Shown here piece after piece: positions 22,632-25,968 of a stretch of 25,968 nt of DNA. Every line of letters begins with the position of its first letter. Within the stretch, counting starts at the first letter, position 1. The notes under the pieces are model-generated. The model was not told the origin of the DNA and did not search any database. It worked only from the letters and a program-made list of their open reading frames with translations. A program made the translations under genes and the position numbers. The stretch comes from Acidimicrobiia bacterium (GTDB lineage: Bacteria; Actinomycetota; Acidimicrobiia; Spongiisociales; JAOTWH01), in assembly GCA_041609395.1 (NCBI GenBank), contig JBFIQU010000001.1:1-25968 (forward strand). Reading direction: 5' to 3'.

Positions 22632-25184
22632 TCACTCGTATGCGATCGCCTCGAGGATGTTGAGCTTGGCCGCCCGGCGTGCCGGTGACGTCGCCGCGAA
22701 CACCCCGGCGAGCGTGGCGATGATGAGAAGCGTGACCAGCGAGCCAACCGGAATCGCAAACGCGTTGAACCCGAAGTCGGCGGCGGCGCGTACGACCACG
22801 AATCCGAAGAAGACGCCGAGACCCACGCCGAGCAGAGCACCGAAGGCGGCGATGATCATCGCTTCGTACCGGACCATGCGGCGCGTCTGGCGGCGGCTCA
22901 GGCCGACGGCGCGCAGCAATCCGATCTCGCGGGTCCGCTCGACCACCGACAGCGCAAGCGTGTTGGTGATTCCGAGCAGCGCAATGATGAGGGCCAACGT
23001 GAGCAGCACACTCACGATCGCCAACAGCTGAGCCAGTGCGTCCTCCGTCGACTGGCGGAACTCGGCGAGCGATTGAAACTCGACGTTCGGGTACCGCTCC
23101 TCGAGAGGCTGAACCGCCGCCTCGGCGTCGGCTGCATCGACGCCGGCTGCGACGTTGGCGAACACGATGAAGTCGAGGGCATCGGGGAAGTTGGCGGCGT
23201 GGAAGTCGTATCCGACCGTGAAGCTGCCGATGAGCGCCTCCTCGGCTTCGTAGATCCCGACGACCGGAACTTGCTGAACGCCGGTCGCTGCGAACGTCAC
23301 GGTCACGACGTCGCCGACGCTCCAGTCGAGGTCCGCGGCGGCGTCGACGTGCACGGCGAAGCCCGGCCCGGCGAGATCGGCGACCGAGCCCACGACGAAG
23401 TCGACGTTGGTGACCTCCAGTATGCGCGCCGGATCGATCGCCCCCAGCTGCTTGCGGTCGCCCTCGTACTCGAACTCACCAAACCGCACACCGGTGGCGA
23501 CGTCGATCTCGGGCAACGCCTCCAGATCCCGGGCCAGCTGCGGGCTGATGGGCAACGGAGGCCCGCTCGCCGGCGTGGAAACGATCAGGTCGGCGGCAAC
23601 AGCATCCTCGATCACCGCGCCGGCCGAGACGGTCAACGACTCGGTGAACACCATCGCGAAGCTCACCAGGGCCACCCCGATCATCAGGGCGGCGGCCGTC
23701 GCCGCGGTACGCACCGGACGCCGCGTGGCGTTCTCACGCGCCAGCAGGCCGATCATGCCGAAGAGGCGGTGCGCCGGCCAGCCGACGATGTTGGCCACCC
23801 GCCCGGCGAACAGCGGGCTGAGGAACGCCACACCGAGAAAGACGAGGATCACACCCATGCCGAGAAGCAGGAAGGCGTTACCGACGCCGGTGAACAGGCC
23901 CACGAGCAGCAGCACGACACCGAGCCCGGTGAGGCCCGATCCGAACGCGGCCCGCCGCCCCCCGGTTGCCTTCGGGGTGATGCTCACATCGCGCATGGCG
24001 GCGATCGGCGGAACCCGGGACGCCGAGAGAGCCGGAACGACGGCCGCCAGCGAGGTGACGACCACGCCGACGACCATGCCGACGATGATGGTCCGCGCCT
24101 GGAAGACGAGCCCCGTCGACGGCAGATCGGCCCCGAAGGCCGCAAAGGCGCCCTTGAGACCGATGGCGACAAGAGCGCCGGCAACGATCCCGACCGCCGA
24201 CGCCACCAGGGCCACCAGCAGGGCCTCGGCCAGCACCATCATCGTCACTTGTCCGCCGCTGGCCCCAACCGCGCGCAACAGCGCTAGTTCCTTGCGACGC
24301 TGCGAGACGATGATCGAGAACGTGTTGGCGATGATGAAGGCGCCGACGAAGACGGCGACGCCGGCGAAGACGAGCAAGAAGATGTTGAAGATATCGAGGA
24401 AGCCTTCGTTTATCTGGTCCGATGCCTCATCGTTGAGAACGTCCTGGGTAACGGCTTCAAACCCGCTGGGAAGGATGGCGGCGATCGCGGCCTGAGCCTC
24501 TTCGCGGGTCACCCCCGGAGCGGCGGCGACGTCGATCGACGTGAACTCGCCGGCAGAGTCCGTGAGCCGTTGCGCTTCGGCGGTTTCGAACGCGGCGACG
24601 GTGGCGCCCAGGAAGTTGTCGAGTTCGCCGAATCCGAAGATCCCGACGATCTCGAACTCTTCGGGAGGCAGGATGGTCAGGATCCTGACGCGATCTCCGA
24701 CGACGAAGCCGTTGTCTTCGGCCGTGAACGCGTCCATGGCGACCTCGCCGGGACCGAGCGGTGCCCTCCCCTCCCGCAGATCCGCCAGATTGAGTTCGTC
24801 GGACTCGTTCCAGTTGACACCGAGCGTCGGCGGGCCCTGGGGCGCGATCGCCTTGCCGTCTTTGTCCAGAAACTGGGCATACCCGACGACGACGCCGTCG
24901 GCGGCGGCCACGTCGGGAAGAGCCCGGATGTCGTCGACCAGATCGGCCGGTACTCGCGCCCTTCCTCCGGTGGCCGACTGGACACTCGTGAACGCGGCTT
25001 CGGCGCGCACCGAGACGTCGATACCCGAGTTCAATTCGCTGAAGACGTCGGAAAAGGCAGCGCGCAGGGTGTCGGTGAGGATGAAGGTGCCCGACACGAA
25101 GGCGACACCCGAGACGATGGCGAGCGCCATGAGGAACAGTCGCAGCTTGTGACCGGCGATGCTCTTGACGGCGGCGCGCAACAT
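22632..25184 (-). CDS. ABC transporter permease, FtsX/MacB type (duplicated)
   Basis: NTFSIIVSQRRKELALLRAVGA and NTLALSVVERTREIGLLRAVG repeats, each with a large extracytoplasmic loop. Confidence 0.93.
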   Translation of the reverse strand: MLRAAVKSIAGHKLRLFLMALAIVSGVAFVSGTFILTDTLRAAFSDVFSELNSGIDVSVRAEAAFTSVQSATGGRARVPADLVDDIRALPDVAAADGVVVGYAQFLDKDGKAIAPQGPPTLGVNWNESDELNLADLREGRAPLGPGEVAMDAFTAEDNGFVVGDRVRILTILPPEEFEIVGIFGFGELDNFLGATVAAFETAEAQRLTDSAGEFTSIDVAAAPGVTREEAQAAIAAILPSGFEAVTQDVLNDEASDQINEGFLDIFNIFLLVFAGVAVFVGAFIIANTFSIIVSQRRKELALLRAVGASGGQVTMMVLAEALLVALVASAVGIVAGALVAIGLKGAFAAFGADLPSTGLVFQARTIIVGMVVGVVVTSLAAVVPALSASRVPPIAAMRDVSITPKATGGRRAAFGSGLTGLGVVLLLVGLFTGVGNAFLLLGMGVILVFLGVAFLSPLFAGRVANIVGWPAHRLFGMIGLLARENATRRPVRTAATAAALMIGVALVSFAMVFTESLTVSAGAVIEDAVAADLIVSTPASGPPLPISPQLARDLEALPEIDVATGVRFGEFEYEGDRKQLGAIDPARILEVTNVDFVVGSVADLAGPGFAVHVDAAADLDWSVGDVVTVTFAATGVQQVPVVGIYEAEEALIGSFTVGYDFHAANFPDALDFIVFANVAAGVDAADAEAAVQPLEERYPNVEFQSLAEFRQSTEDALAQLLAIVSVLLTLALIIALLGITNTLALSVVERTREIGLLRAVGLSRRQTRRMVRYEAMIIAAFGALLGVGLGVFFGFVVVRAAADFGFNAFAIPVGSLVTLLIIATLAGVFAATSPARRAAKLNILEAIAYE

Positions 25185-25187
25185 GGC

Positions 25188-25928
25188 TCAGCGCTCCAGC
25201 TTGTGCATGCGCCCGATCACCGCCTCGGCGTCCGGATTGCGCAGTTCGTCGATGATTCGTCCGTCCTGGAGGAACACGACCCGATCCGAATACCCGGCGG
25301 CGACGGGGTCGTGGGTCACCATCACGATCGTCTGTCCGAGATCACGGACGGCCGCCTGCATGAAGGTGAGCAGCTCGGCCGAGGAGCGCGAATCGAGGTT
25401 GCCGGACGGTTCGTCGGCGAACACGATCTCGGGTCTCGACACGAGAGCGCGCGCCGCAGCAACCCGCTGCTGCTGGCCGCCGGAGAGCTCCGAGGGACGA
25501 TGCCGTAACCGATCGCGCAGCCCGACCGCATCGATGACCCGGTCGTACCACTCGGGATCGGGGTCACGTCCGGCAATTGCGAGCGGCAACGTGATGTTCT
25601 CGGCTGCGTTCAGGGTGGGAATGAGGTTGAAGGCCTGGAAGACGAATCCGACGCTCTCCCTCCGGACCAGCGTCAGTTCCTTCTCCTTGAGCTTGGTGAG
25701 ATCGATCTCCCCGATGAACGTCGTTCCCGTGGTGAGGTCGTCCAGGCCGGCCATGCAGTGCAACAGGGTGGACTTCCCCGATCCGGACGGGCCCATGATT
25801 GCGGTGAAGCGGCCTCGCTCGAACTCGACCGTGATCCCGTCCAGGGCACGCACAGCAGTCTCGCCCTCCCCGTAGACCTTGACGGCATCGACGGCATGGG
25901 CTGCAAGGCCGGTCATCACGTCAGTCAT
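25188..25928 (-). CDS. ABC transporter ATP-binding protein (LolD/MacB-like)
   Basis: GPSGSGKST, VFQAFNLIPTL, LSGGQQQR, FADEPSGNLD, VTHD. Confidence 0.95.
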   Translation of the reverse strand: MTDVMTGLAAHAVDAVKVYGEGETAVRALDGITVEFERGRFTAIMGPSGSGKSTLLHCMAGLDDLTTGTTFIGEIDLTKLKEKELTLVRRESVGFVFQAFNLIPTLNAAENITLPLAIAGRDPDPEWYDRVIDAVGLRDRLRHRPSELSGGQQQRVAAARALVSRPEIVFADEPSGNLDSRSSAELLTFMQAAVRDLGQTIVMVTHDPVAAGYSDRVVFLQDGRIIDELRNPDAEAVIGRMHKLER

Positions 25929-25968
25929 CGGCGTCGTCCTTCCGCTCGATCTCGATGGTGTAGTCGGC
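25921..25968 (-). CDS. 3' end of an upstream gene entering from outside the window (...ADYTIEIERKDDADD*)
   Basis: An open minus-strand frame ends in TGA at 25921-25923 and overlaps the next ATG (ATGACTGA, 8-nt overlap). Only 15 residues are visible. Confidence 0.45.
   Translation of the reverse strand, partial: ADYTIEIERKDDADD

Noticed and set aside
1-25968. CRISPR arrays, transposases, integrases, prophage genes, rRNA, tRNA
   Set aside because: I saw no regularly spaced repeats, no terminal inverted repeat/target duplication pairs, no matching protein motifs and no obvious compositional break by eye.

Overview
High-GC chromosomal segment, almost certainly from an actinobacterium because WhiB, Bpa/PafE and WS/DGAT are present (an Acidimicrobiia-like genome is an inference). 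It holds about 24 CDSs. I saw no mobile elements, CRISPR arrays, rRNA or tRNA. Left to right: (1) BMP-family, probably nucleoside, ABC importer (-); (2) class III cyclase-STAND ATPase-TPR protein and a cyclophilin (+); (3) tdh-kbl-hypothetical threonine catabolism operon (-); (4) YbhN/LPG-synthase-like membrane protein (+); (5) a co-oriented minus-strand run of seven genes: WS/DGAT with a histone-like tail, YtfJ/GerW-like protein, PolX-PHP, DUF3179, Bpa, DDAH-like hydrolase and WhiB; (6) a divergent tandem-HTH protein and a small membrane protein (+); (7) SRAP/HMCES (-); (8) BNR beta-propeller (+); (9) MscS (-); (10) enoyl-CoA hydratase (+); (11) FtsX/MacB-type ABC exporter (-). The main leads are: a WS/DGAT carrying an 85-aa K/R-rich tail in an apparent operon with PolX; two matching SigH/SigR-type promoters (GGAAy-N18-GTTGA) upstream of DUF3179 and whiB; a Bpa-DDAH gene pair; a candidate structured sRNA with a C6 loop at ~19695-19808; and two guanidine-II-like ACGR hairpins at 3815-3906. 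Many start codons can be refined from leaderless TANNNT-N6/7-start motifs. All functional calls come from motif recognition only; no database searches were run.
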